Origin: Bacteroides sp.
GTDB lineage: Bacteria > Bacteroidota > Bacteroidia > Bacteroidales > Bacteroidaceae
Direction: 5' to 3'
NCBI GenBank assembly: GCA_036724805.1
Contig: DAIMFE010000006.1
Coordinates: 5,579 to 69,578, forward strand
DNA length: 64,000 nt
In this document: piece by piece, positions 11,013 to 19,921 of the stretch
Layout of the letters: each line of letters begins with the position of its first letter
Position numbering within the stretch: the first letter of the stretch is position 1
Program-made: the position numbers and the translations under genes
The notes under the pieces: model-generated
The model's database searches: none
Seen by the model: only the letters and a program-made list of their open reading frames with translations
Told to the model about the DNA's origin: nothing

Positions 11013-12464
11013 TTATTTCTTATTTTTCAATAGTTTGGGTACAATCATACTTGTCAGAAGGCCTACGCAGAAAATGGTAAGTGTACCAAACACGATAGTT
11101 AGATAACTGTGAAATGCGGTTTGTCCGCTAAATGTCATCCAGGCAATAAGGGCTACTCCACAAATTGTTCCTACTAGCGCATACGCTCCTTTTACATTTT
11201 TAGAAATATACCCAAGTAAGAAAAGGCCGAGCATTCCTCCGCTGAAAATAGCCGCAAGGCTCCACCATGCATCCAATGCGCTTTTCACCGAGATCATCGC
11301 TAATCCCACAAGCATACCGGCAACACCGAGTAGAAAAGATGTAATGTATAAAACCTTCATACTCTTTTTCTCATCTATTGCCTTGTTGTTTCTTTGGAAA
11401 AAGTCGGTAAGTATAATTGTGGCTCCGCTATTTATACTTGTAGAAATCGTACTCATTCCTGCCGAGAATATAGCAGCAATCAGAAGTCCGGTAACACCTA
11501 TGGGTAATCCGTTTACAATGAAATACGGAAATACTTTGTCTCCTGTGATTCCTTCGGGAAGTAAATCCGGTTGCGACTGGTAATACACGAACAAAGCAGT
11601 ACCAATCATAAAAAACAAAAGACTGACAGGTACATACAACAGTCCTCCGAACAATGCCGAAAAACGTGCACTTTTATCATCCTTGGCGCTTTTGTATCGT
11701 TGCACATAATTTTGGTCGATTCCGTAATTCTGTAAATTGATAAATATGCCATATACCAACATTATCCAAAACGTGGAAACATTCAATTCGGAGCCGAAAC
11801 TTCCTAAAGAAAACTTATCGTACTGCTTTCCCAGATCTATATATTGTTCTATGCCTCCGGGTATAGAAACCAGCAGAACGACTAGACAAACAACCGCGCC
11901 AATAATTAAGATGGTTCCTTGAATTGCATCCGTCCAGATAACTGCCTGAATTCCTCCAAGTACAGAGTAAAGGATAACACACAAACTTGTGACTACAATA
12001 ATAAGCGGAATACTCCAACCGAACATAGAATGCAATGGTAAGGCCAATAAGAACAGTACTGAACCCATACGCGAAATCTGTGTCAACAAATAGCAGGCTG
12101 CCGCATAAGCTCTTGCCCAATATCCGAATTTTTCTTCAAGAAAACTATATGCTGAAACGCTTTCCAGGTTGCGATAAAACGGCACGAAGTATTTTGCCGC
12201 GAATACCATAGCTACCGGAATGGATAGACTGAATACATAAGAGTTCCAATTCCCCGAATATGCATTTCCGGGTAGAGCTAAAAAACTGATACTGCTCACA
12301 TAAGTGGCAAAAATGGACATACCTACAACTATACCCGGTATATTACCTCCACCGCGTGTGTATTGGCTACTGTCTTTGTTTTTCAGGATAAAGGAACTGC
12401 CGAAAAGTACGGTTCCTACTGTAAAAACAAAGAATATAATCAAATCTAAAGTATGAATCGGCAT
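11013..12464 (-). CDS. Sodium:solute symporter (SSS family)
   Basis: Many hydrophobic helices; SIFATYVSSISFL, GGIQAVIWTDAIQ, DQNYVQRY, SAGMSTISTSINS. Confidence 0.92.
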   Translation of the reverse strand: MPIHTLDLIIFFVFTVGTVLFGSSFILKNKDSSQYTRGGGNIPGIVVGMSIFATYVSSISFLALPGNAYSGNWNSYVFSLSIPVAMVFAAKYFVPFYRNLESVSAYSFLEEKFGYWARAYAAACYLLTQISRMGSVLFLLALPLHSMFGWSIPLIIVVTSLCVILYSVLGGIQAVIWTDAIQGTILIIGAVVCLVVLLVSIPGGIEQYIDLGKQYDKFSLGSFGSELNVSTFWIMLVYGIFINLQNYGIDQNYVQRYKSAKDDKSARFSALFGGLLYVPVSLLFFMIGTALFVYYQSQPDLLPEGITGDKVFPYFIVNGLPIGVTGLLIAAIFSAGMSTISTSINSGATIILTDFFQRNNKAIDEKKSMKVLYITSFLLGVAGMLVGLAMISVKSALDAWWSLAAIFSGGMLGLFLLGYISKNVKGAYALVGTICGVALIAWMTFSGQTAFHSYLTIVFGTLTIFCVGLLTSMIVPKLLKNKK

Positions 12465-12482
12465 ATCAGTTTCTTCTTTATT

Positions 12483-15095
12483 CTAGTTTTTCTTTTCACC
12501 GAATTCGGTTTGTTGAATTTCTACCTCATTCAAAACCTTTTGCTTCTCTTCTTCGGTTAATTGTCTTTTATAAGAGCTTGCATAAGAAGAAGATTGATTT
12601 ATCTGAGGTTTCTCGGAATATATTAGCTTATGTTTTGGAGATATACTCTCAAATTCTATGGAAGCAGGTGTTGGTGCATGCTCTCCTTCGAAAAGAACCC
12701 GCGCGTTTACCTTTATCTTACCCGGATTAAGTGTTGAACGGATAAGTACAGGAGCAGAACCGAATTCTACATCTCTCGGGTTGGCTCCAATAACATCATC
12801 ACCTATTATTTCTCCTTCACCATCTACCATGAAAAATATACGTTCTTTAGCTAATCTTCTCACATTTCCTTCATCGTCTGTTACTTCACAAATCACCGGA
12901 ATATAATCCGAACCATCAGCAATTAGTTGTTGCCCTACATTATCAATCGATAAACGAAGTTTCGTAGACCTTCTCGATGGCATTTTCTTAGTGCTACAAA
13001 CTACTTTCCCGTCTATCAACCCTTCTGCAACGAATGAAACTTTTTGCCATTGCTTTTCTACATACGGGTATGTTCTCATTTCATTGAAACTATATACATT
13101 TTTGAAAGTCACAGGAGGACTAGGCATCCCGTATTTTTCCCTTGGAACTTTTTGTGTCAAGGTATCTCTTTCGTATACAATCAGACGAACTTCATCGCAA
13201 TTGCTGAATACCGTTACATCAGGACTTGAAAATGGAGATATTTCATGAGCGATGAAAACCATCGGCCCGGTTTCCATTAAGGGGTGTTTAAAATCGGCAG
13301 GCACCTGAGATTTGAACATGTAATACGAATATTTCGGTTGGCGAAAAGCATCCATAATCCCTCCCCAATACGGGTCGGGATGATATCCCCTCTGGTGATC
13401 GAAAGGATGCCATAGTGCACCCCCTATGAACTGTCGGCTTTCGGGATACATTTCATTATAAGCTTTTGCTAATTGTAAAGACTGCACTAATAAAGCATTC
13501 TCTCCCCAACTGCGTGATGCGCGATTATTTGTATTGTGGGCGTACCAGTCGTCTACATTTTCGCCAAATTCGCGGGTGAATATGCATTGTTTGAAGTTAC
13601 CTACATCTTTTGGCCAACCGTAAACAACTTCATAATTTTCCGCCACACCTTCCGAATGGTGATCGGCTACGCAAAACGAACCCGGATATTCATCATGGGT
13701 TATCTTCTGAGCTTTCAGGGAAAACTCCAAAGGGAAACGTGTTTCATTTAGGATAGGCTCCCACATTAATACAGAAGGATGATTCCGGTCACGGCGTATC
13801 ATATTGCGAATGTCATCATATATCAGTTCTGCAAAATTCGGATCCTTATTCCAATATTGCCATCCTGGAGTTGCCACGATTACGAATATCCCCAGTTCAT
13901 CGCAAGCATCCATAAACGAAGGATCTTGCGGATAATGTGCCACGCGTACAATCCGGCATCCGGCATCCCTCAACTTTTTTGCATCTTTCCAATGTTGACT
14001 ATTAGGAACGGCATTGCCAACGTAAGCAAAATCCTGATGACGATTACCACCAATTAATTTATCGGCAGGTTCACCGTTCAACCAAAGCCCGTCTACTCCT
14101 TTAAATTCTGCTTTTCGAAGTCCGATACGGGTTACTCCACCATCTAAGGTTGTTCCGTTCCTGGCTATTATTCGCGTTTCAATACTATATAAGTAAGGAG
14201 CATCCGGATGCCATAAAACAGGATTATCCACAGTTATTTTTTGCTGTGTTTGCTTCGCTTCGTTCGGTTTTAATTGGAGATTGCTTTTTATTGTCTTTAG
14301 AATCTTTCCGTTTTTATCGGTTATTTTATTTTCAATAGTCAGGCTCTGCAAGCTACTGAAAGTGTTTTCTACATCTGTGGATATAAAGATTTCGGCCTTC
14401 TTCTTGCTGATTTCTCCATATTGAACAAATACCCCACCTCCCGCAGTTTTATTTGCTTTATTTGGGTCTGTAATATGAACTTTAGAAGTTGCTATCATCC
14501 AAACATCCCGATATATCCCTCCATGATATGTAAAGTCGAGGGTCGTTTGTTTCTTTCCGGGAGGATAATTTTTGTCATCCGAATTATCCACAGAAACAGC
14601 TATCAGGCATTTGTCTCCAGCTTTTACGCCATGTTCTGTAAGCTCAATGCTAAATGGTAAATACCCCCCTAAATGTTCTGTTATTTTTTTACCGTTCAGG
14701 TAAACTACGGCCTTACCCATAGCCGCTTCGAAATAAATAGTTATCAGCCTCCCTTCAAGGGATTGGTTTACCGTAAAGTGTTTTCTATACCATGCTATAC
14801 CCTGATAATTCCGACTGCCACTGGCCTCGGCCGGCATCAATTGAACAGTATGAGGTGTAGAAACAACATCCCATTTAGAGTCATCAAAAGTTGTATTCTC
14901 CGCACCTTGAATGTCTCCTTTATGAAATCTCCAGCCTACATTGAAGTTGAATACTTCACGACCTGAGTCTTTTAAATTAAAAAATCCGGCTATAGAAAAA
15001 TCCGGCTGATAATTACTTGCATTGACAAAATGAACATTGTAAACGCACACACAAACAAATAGAATTATATAAAGTAAACGTCTCATAGCTTTCAT
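12483..15095 (-). CDS. GH2 glycoside hydrolase (beta-galactosidase/beta-uronidase type)
   Basis: GGIYRDVW, GGNRHQD, RVAHYPQDP, RDRNHPSVLMWEPILNE; signal peptide. Confidence 0.9.
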   Translation of the reverse strand: MKAMRRLLYIILFVCVCVYNVHFVNASNYQPDFSIAGFFNLKDSGREVFNFNVGWRFHKGDIQGAENTTFDDSKWDVVSTPHTVQLMPAEASGSRNYQGIAWYRKHFTVNQSLEGRLITIYFEAAMGKAVVYLNGKKITEHLGGYLPFSIELTEHGVKAGDKCLIAVSVDNSDDKNYPPGKKQTTLDFTYHGGIYRDVWMIATSKVHITDPNKANKTAGGGVFVQYGEISKKKAEIFISTDVENTFSSLQSLTIENKITDKNGKILKTIKSNLQLKPNEAKQTQQKITVDNPVLWHPDAPYLYSIETRIIARNGTTLDGGVTRIGLRKAEFKGVDGLWLNGEPADKLIGGNRHQDFAYVGNAVPNSQHWKDAKKLRDAGCRIVRVAHYPQDPSFMDACDELGIFVIVATPGWQYWNKDPNFAELIYDDIRNMIRRDRNHPSVLMWEPILNETRFPLEFSLKAQKITHDEYPGSFCVADHHSEGVAENYEVVYGWPKDVGNFKQCIFTREFGENVDDWYAHNTNNRASRSWGENALLVQSLQLAKAYNEMYPESRQFIGGALWHPFDHQRGYHPDPYWGGIMDAFRQPKYSYYMFKSQVPADFKHPLMETGPMVFIAHEISPFSSPDVTVFSNCDEVRLIVYERDTLTQKVPREKYGMPSPPVTFKNVYSFNEMRTYPYVEKQWQKVSFVAEGLIDGKVVCSTKKMPSRRSTKLRLSIDNVGQQLIADGSDYIPVICEVTDDEGNVRRLAKERIFFMVDGEGEIIGDDVIGANPRDVEFGSAPVLIRSTLNPGKIKVNARVLFEGEHAPTPASIEFESISPKHKLIYSEKPQINQSSSYASSYKRQLTEEEKQKVLNEVEIQQTEFGEKKN

Positions 15096-15125
15096 GTATT
15101 ATTTTGGGTACACCCCAGGTTAAAA

Positions 15126-16109
15126 CTAGAGTGATCCCCTCAAGATAAGCTTTGTCGGTATATAAATTTGAACCTTATTTCTTGTCTTAATATAATCGGC
15201 AGCAACTTTCCCCATTTCCTTAAAGTCTGTAGAAATGCAAGTAATACCGTTTTCTATAACTTCCAGCATAGGAGCATCATTAAACGTTACAAGTCCTACA
15301 TCTTTACCCAATTCGTAATTTTGCAACCTACAGGTCTTTACAATTTGGATCATATCAATATGGCGGGCTGCTATATAGGCAGTGTCCGGCTGAATATCGA
15401 AAGGGTTTAAATCACGGGTGATAATGTTGTATTTCAGATTATTGTCTTCACAAAATTTCTCAAAGTAAGGAATACTACTCTTTGGATGCTCGGATTTGGA
15501 GTTGAATACAAAACATATCTCTTTGTATTTCTGGAATTTATTTATACCGATGTTTAAGCAATCGTATAATGTTGTATCGAACCCCTGACATACGTATGAA
15601 AACTTGTCTTTTTTAAATTTCCCTAAGTCTATCAGAAGCACTTTCGTATTATCGAGCCTGTCCAATACTTCCGAATAGACATCATTCTGCAAATTAGTTA
15701 TCAGATATAAATCGTATCTTCCTATACTGTCCAGAATAATATTATTGAATGACCGCTTGTTGTAGTGATGAAAGTACAAATCAAGCCTATAATTCATGGG
15801 TAGATGTGCAGTTAATTCCTTATAAAGATTTTCTTTGTACGGACTAAAGATATCAAATAATACAAAAATATTATTGACAGGATTAGAAACGAAATACCCT
15901 TTTGTCGGAGCCGACTCTATAATACCCTTTTCTTTCAGATCCTGAAAAGCCTTATATACTGTATCGCGAGCTAATTTATGCTCGGTACTTATCTTATTTA
16001 TCGAAGGAAGCGCATCTCCTTCCTTGAATTCTCCATTAGATATAGCCGTTCTTATGGCATCGGCCAGTTGCCTCACCTTACTTTTATTTTGATCAAATTC
16101 TAGTACCAT
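15126..16109 (-). CDS. GntR-family regulator with sugar-binding C-terminal domain (resembles Bacteroides FucR)
   Basis: wHTH GDALPSINK...ARDTVYKAF..LKEKGII...KGYFV plus PBP-type C-terminus (GITCISTDFKEMG...LILRGSL); similar to recalled B. thetaiotaomicron FucR. Confidence 0.88.
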   Translation of the reverse strand: MVLEFDQNKSKVRQLADAIRTAISNGEFKEGDALPSINKISTEHKLARDTVYKAFQDLKEKGIIESAPTKGYFVSNPVNNIFVLFDIFSPYKENLYKELTAHLPMNYRLDLYFHHYNKRSFNNIILDSIGRYDLYLITNLQNDVYSEVLDRLDNTKVLLIDLGKFKKDKFSYVCQGFDTTLYDCLNIGINKFQKYKEICFVFNSKSEHPKSSIPYFEKFCEDNNLKYNIITRDLNPFDIQPDTAYIAARHIDMIQIVKTCRLQNYELGKDVGLVTFNDAPMLEVIENGITCISTDFKEMGKVAADYIKTRNKVQIYIPTKLILRGSL

Positions 16110-16151
16110 AAAATTATTTATTTATCCGAATATTAATTCTCGGTTTTACGA

Positions 16152-16168
16152 TGTACTGTACTGTCCTG
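16152..16168 (-). promoter_or_regulatory. Putative operator CAGGA-CAGTA-CAGTA-CA just downstream of the leftward promoter
   Basis: Plus strand tgtactgtactgtcctg; degenerate -7 box (tttctttgca on minus) at 16177-16186. Confidence 0.55.
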
Positions 16169-16254
16169 TTTTACTATGCAAAGAAATATATTTTTTTTCA
16201 TAAAATGAATCTTAAATGAATCTTAATATAAATGTTTTATAACATAAATATCAA

Positions 16255-16287
16255 TTTGCAGAATTAGATTGTTTTTTAATACATTTG
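16255..16287 (+). promoter_or_regulatory. Bacteroidetes sigma-A promoter for the susC arm
   Basis: -33 TTTG (16255-58), 21-nt spacer, -7 TACATTTG (16280-87). Confidence 0.75.
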
Positions 16288-16295
16288 CAAACTAT

Positions 16296-16315
16296 CAGTA
16301 CAGTACAGCATAGTA
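16296..16315 (+). promoter_or_regulatory. Putative operator CAGTA-CAGTA-CAGCA-TAGTA at the expected susC transcription start
   Basis: Pentamer repeats right after the -7 box; mirror of 16152-16168. Confidence 0.55.
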
Positions 16316-16507
16316 TATATGCAAATATAAAGAAATTATAACCTATAATATACTATTAAAGAGAACAAAAACTTGAACTTAATTTAATTTAATAATCATT
16401 TAACATGGAAAAACGAAAATTTATCCCTAAACGCAATTTTTACACTGCAATTGTTAATAACCGTTTGTGAAAAAGAATGTTTAACAACGCGTAATACTTT
16501 TAAATTC

Positions 16508-19500
16508 ATGAGAGATACTTATTTAAAATTGTGTATACGCACAAAAGATAGAGGTAAATCTTTTTGTGCAAAATCATTACTAATGCTTTTTTGTTACTTC
16601 ATGCTGGCTACAGCCATGCATGCACAACAGCAAGTAACTGTAAAAGGTAATGTAACAGATGAAGCAGGAGCAGCTATTATCGGTGCTGCTATAAAATGTG
16701 GTTCTACCGGAACCGTTTCAGACATAGATGGGAATTTTTCTCTGAATGTACCATCTAACGCAACAATACAAGTAACTTTTTTAGGATATTTACAGCAAAC
16801 TGTTAAAGTAGAAGGCAAAACATCTCTTTTTATTGTCTTGAAAGAAGATGCTCAGAGCTTAGATGAGGTAGTTGTAGTAGGTTACGGTAGTCAAAGAATA
16901 AAAGATGTAACAGGCTCAATAGTACCGGTTGATATGGCGAAAATTTCAGATCTACCGGTTTCGTCCTTAACTGAAGCATTGCAGGGACACATCCCGGGTT
17001 TATCAATAATACCAGGAACCGGGCGTCCCGGAGATAATCCTACTTTAGGTATCAGACAGCAGGTTAATATGTCGAAAGACGGAGGAAATTCATTGCCATT
17101 GATTGTAATAGATGACGTAATACAAGTAGATGCATCAGCAAATGGACAGCCAACGCTAGAGCAATTTAATATGCTGGATCCTTCTGAAATAGAAAGCATA
17201 ACAGTTTTGAAAGATGCCAGTGCAGCTATTTATGGTTCGCGTGCTTCGCAAGGAGCCATTATAGTAAAAACAAAACGAGGAAAAGAGGGTACTCCACAAA
17301 TTTCTTATTCCGGTAAATTCGAAATAAAAGATGCCGTAGGACATACTAAAACAATGAGCGCTCACGAATATGGTATATTCTCCAATCGTTTTCTTCGTGC
17401 TACAGGAGCAACAGAGCCAAACAAATTCTTTTCCGATAGTGAGTTGGAAGAAATGAAATCATTGAATTACAATTGGTTAGACAAAGCATGGTCATCGGCA
17501 TTTACTATGAGTCATTCATTAAATGTGAGTGGAGGAAGTAAAAAGGCTACTTATTTTGCGGGAGTTACATATTATGACCAAGGAGCAAATTTAGGAGACC
17601 AGGATTATAATAAGTGGACCTTCCGTGTGGGTACGGATATTAAGCTTTCATCCTATTTCAAGATTAGTGCATCTTTATCTGGTAATAATGGGCGACAGGA
17701 AAAATCATATACGAAAGTCGGAAATATTAATGACTCAAGTTATGGCTCGAGGCTGGGAGGCGAAAATGTAGACTATGGTATCATGGCTCATATGCCTAAA
17801 TACATTCCTTGGAGCCAAAATATCGATGGACAAGAATATTGGGTGTCTCCGGCATTAGGCCCATCTCAAATAGCAAATAACGCGAATGTTGCTAATCAAA
17901 TGGCTGCATTTAATTATTTTGCATGGATGAAGAACGGTTCAAAATCAATAAATGAAACATTCAGCTATAATGCGAATTTCTCCCTTCAATATGATCTCCC
18001 TTTTATACCGGGTTTATCTATAAAGGCTTCATACGCAAGATCTCATGGCGCAGTAAAATCAGAGCAAACTCAATTGCCATTTACTTTGGCTCTTGCCAGA
18101 GGCACAAATACAGAAGGAGGGCATTTATATTCTTCTGTTAAAGATTGGATTATAGCCGAAAACGATAAAAACTCCAGAGTACTTTACACGGATGATATTA
18201 GTAAAAATGAACAACTCAACCTTTACTTGGATTATAACGCCAAATTTGGTTTGCATACTATAGGAGCAATGGTGTCTGTAGAACGAGCAGAAAGTGAATA
18301 TACTACTAGAAGATTGTATTATGAAAGTCCTATACCGGGAGGATATATAGGCGGAAGCTCATCTGCGGGTACACTTATTAAAGACCATTCTTATTCAAAA
18401 TTTTCAGAAAGAGGGGCTTTGTCATATTTAGGACGTGTAAATTATAATTATGATGGCAAATACCTGGCTCAATTCCTTTTTAGAGCAGACGCATCAACTA
18501 AATTCGCACCCGAAAACTACTGGGGATTTTTTCCGACGCTATCTTTAGGTTGGGTAATTTCGGAAGAAAATTGGTTTAAGGAAAATATTAACTGGTTAGA
18601 TTACTTAAAAATAAGAGCATCTGTTGGTAAAACAGGAAAAGATAATGTAGCTGCTTGGAGATGGTTGCAACTTTATGGATTTACAGCTGATAAAGGTATG
18701 CAATTCGGGAATAATGGAGGAACTTATGGTTCGGCTCTGGAACCCAGAGGCACTCCCAACAGGGATGTACATTGGGATAAAACGTTAAAATATAATTTAG
18801 GATTAGATTTTAACTTCCTTAAAAACAGATTACATGTGGGCTGGGATGCATATTTTGATAGAAGCACGGATGTATTAATCTCACTAGCAGGAATGGAAGG
18901 GGTGCCGATTCACGTTGGAGGTGGATTTGCTGAAGAAAACTACGGAGCTTTTGATAACTGGGGTACTGAATTTAATATAAATTGGCGCGATAAAGTTGGT
19001 GAAGTAAGCTACAATATCGGAGTTAATTTCAGTATAGATAATAATAAAGTTAAAAAATATCCGGAAGCAGGTATTGGTTACCCTTCAGATAATGCTACCA
19101 GAGTGGGACACTCATCGATATTTCCGGAGTGGGGGCTACTTACATGGAAAGGAACATCAAGCGGAGATGGAATGTTGCGTACAGATGGAGATATAGATGC
19201 ATATTGGAATTATTTAACCGAACTGGCTACAGCAGCAGGTACAACTCCGTTGTTTTTTGGAGGAGATAAATCACAATTAAAAAAAGGTATGTTGGTGTAT
19301 CAGGATTTGCACGGTGATTTAAATACAGAAGATGGTACATTGGCCGGTCCTAACGGTAGAATTGTTGAGAAAGAAGATTATACAAAATTGGTTGATAAAA
19401 AGAAAAAGCACGGCTTCACTACAAACTTGGCAGCAAGCTGGAGAGGTATTAGCTTTTCTACTCAGATTGCTACATCATGGGGTGGATACGAATCTATCGA

Positions 19501-19879
19501 TTATATCAATCAGTTGGACAGATCAAACAATATGCTTTGGTCGCACGCTTCTTATATGACAGATATGTATGACGAGACCGAAAATGTAAATGGAAAATAT
19601 CCTAATGTTGCTCATTACAGGTACAACCAGTATAAATCAGATTTCTGGAAGGTATCTACTTTCCGTTGCTATATACGAAGCATGAGTATAGGATATGCTA
19701 TTCCCAGACATTTGATTAAAAGAATAGGTATTGAAAGTGCAAAATTAAACCTGAGTGGACATAATTTATGGGATTTTCATAATCCATATCCTAATAAATA
19801 TCGTAATATGTATGATAACGCTGCAGTTGGATATCCAACGTTGAGAACATGGGCGCTTGGTGTTAATCTTACATTCTAA
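16508..19879 (+). CDS. susC: SusC/RagA TonB-dependent transporter
   Basis: LDEVVVVGYG, IESITVLKDASAAIYGSRASQGAIIVKTKRG, C-terminal GVNLTF; ATG 16508 preferred over TTG 16451. Confidence 0.95.
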   Translation: MRDTYLKLCIRTKDRGKSFCAKSLLMLFCYFMLATAMHAQQQVTVKGNVTDEAGAAIIGAAIKCGSTGTVSDIDGNFSLNVPSNATIQVTFLGYLQQTVKVEGKTSLFIVLKEDAQSLDEVVVVGYGSQRIKDVTGSIVPVDMAKISDLPVSSLTEALQGHIPGLSIIPGTGRPGDNPTLGIRQQVNMSKDGGNSLPLIVIDDVIQVDASANGQPTLEQFNMLDPSEIESITVLKDASAAIYGSRASQGAIIVKTKRGKEGTPQISYSGKFEIKDAVGHTKTMSAHEYGIFSNRFLRATGATEPNKFFSDSELEEMKSLNYNWLDKAWSSAFTMSHSLNVSGGSKKATYFAGVTYYDQGANLGDQDYNKWTFRVGTDIKLSSYFKISASLSGNNGRQEKSYTKVGNINDSSYGSRLGGENVDYGIMAHMPKYIPWSQNIDGQEYWVSPALGPSQIANNANVANQMAAFNYFAWMKNGSKSINETFSYNANFSLQYDLPFIPGLSIKASYARSHGAVKSEQTQLPFTLALARGTNTEGGHLYSSVKDWIIAENDKNSRVLYTDDISKNEQLNLYLDYNAKFGLHTIGAMVSVERAESEYTTRRLYYESPIPGGYIGGSSSAGTLIKDHSYSKFSERGALSYLGRVNYNYDGKYLAQFLFRADASTKFAPENYWGFFPTLSLGWVISEENWFKENINWLDYLKIRASVGKTGKDNVAAWRWLQLYGFTADKGMQFGNNGGTYGSALEPRGTPNRDVHWDKTLKYNLGLDFNFLKNRLHVGWDAYFDRSTDVLISLAGMEGVPIHVGGGFAEENYGAFDNWGTEFNINWRDKVGEVSYNIGVNFSIDNNKVKKYPEAGIGYPSDNATRVGHSSIFPEWGLLTWKGTSSGDGMLRTDGDIDAYWNYLTELATAAGTTPLFFGGDKSQLKKGMLVYQDLHGDLNTEDGTLAGPNGRIVEKEDYTKLVDKKKKHGFTTNLAASWRGISFSTQIATSWGGYESIDYINQLDRSNNMLWSHASYMTDMYDETENVNGKYPNVAHYRYNQYKSDFWKVSTFRCYIRSMSIGYAIPRHLIKRIGIESAKLNLSGHNLWDFHNPYPNKYRNMYDNAAVGYPTLRTWALGVNLTF

Positions 19880-19921
19880 TTATTAAAAAGACTTATTCAA
19901 TCAATAAAAATTATACATATC

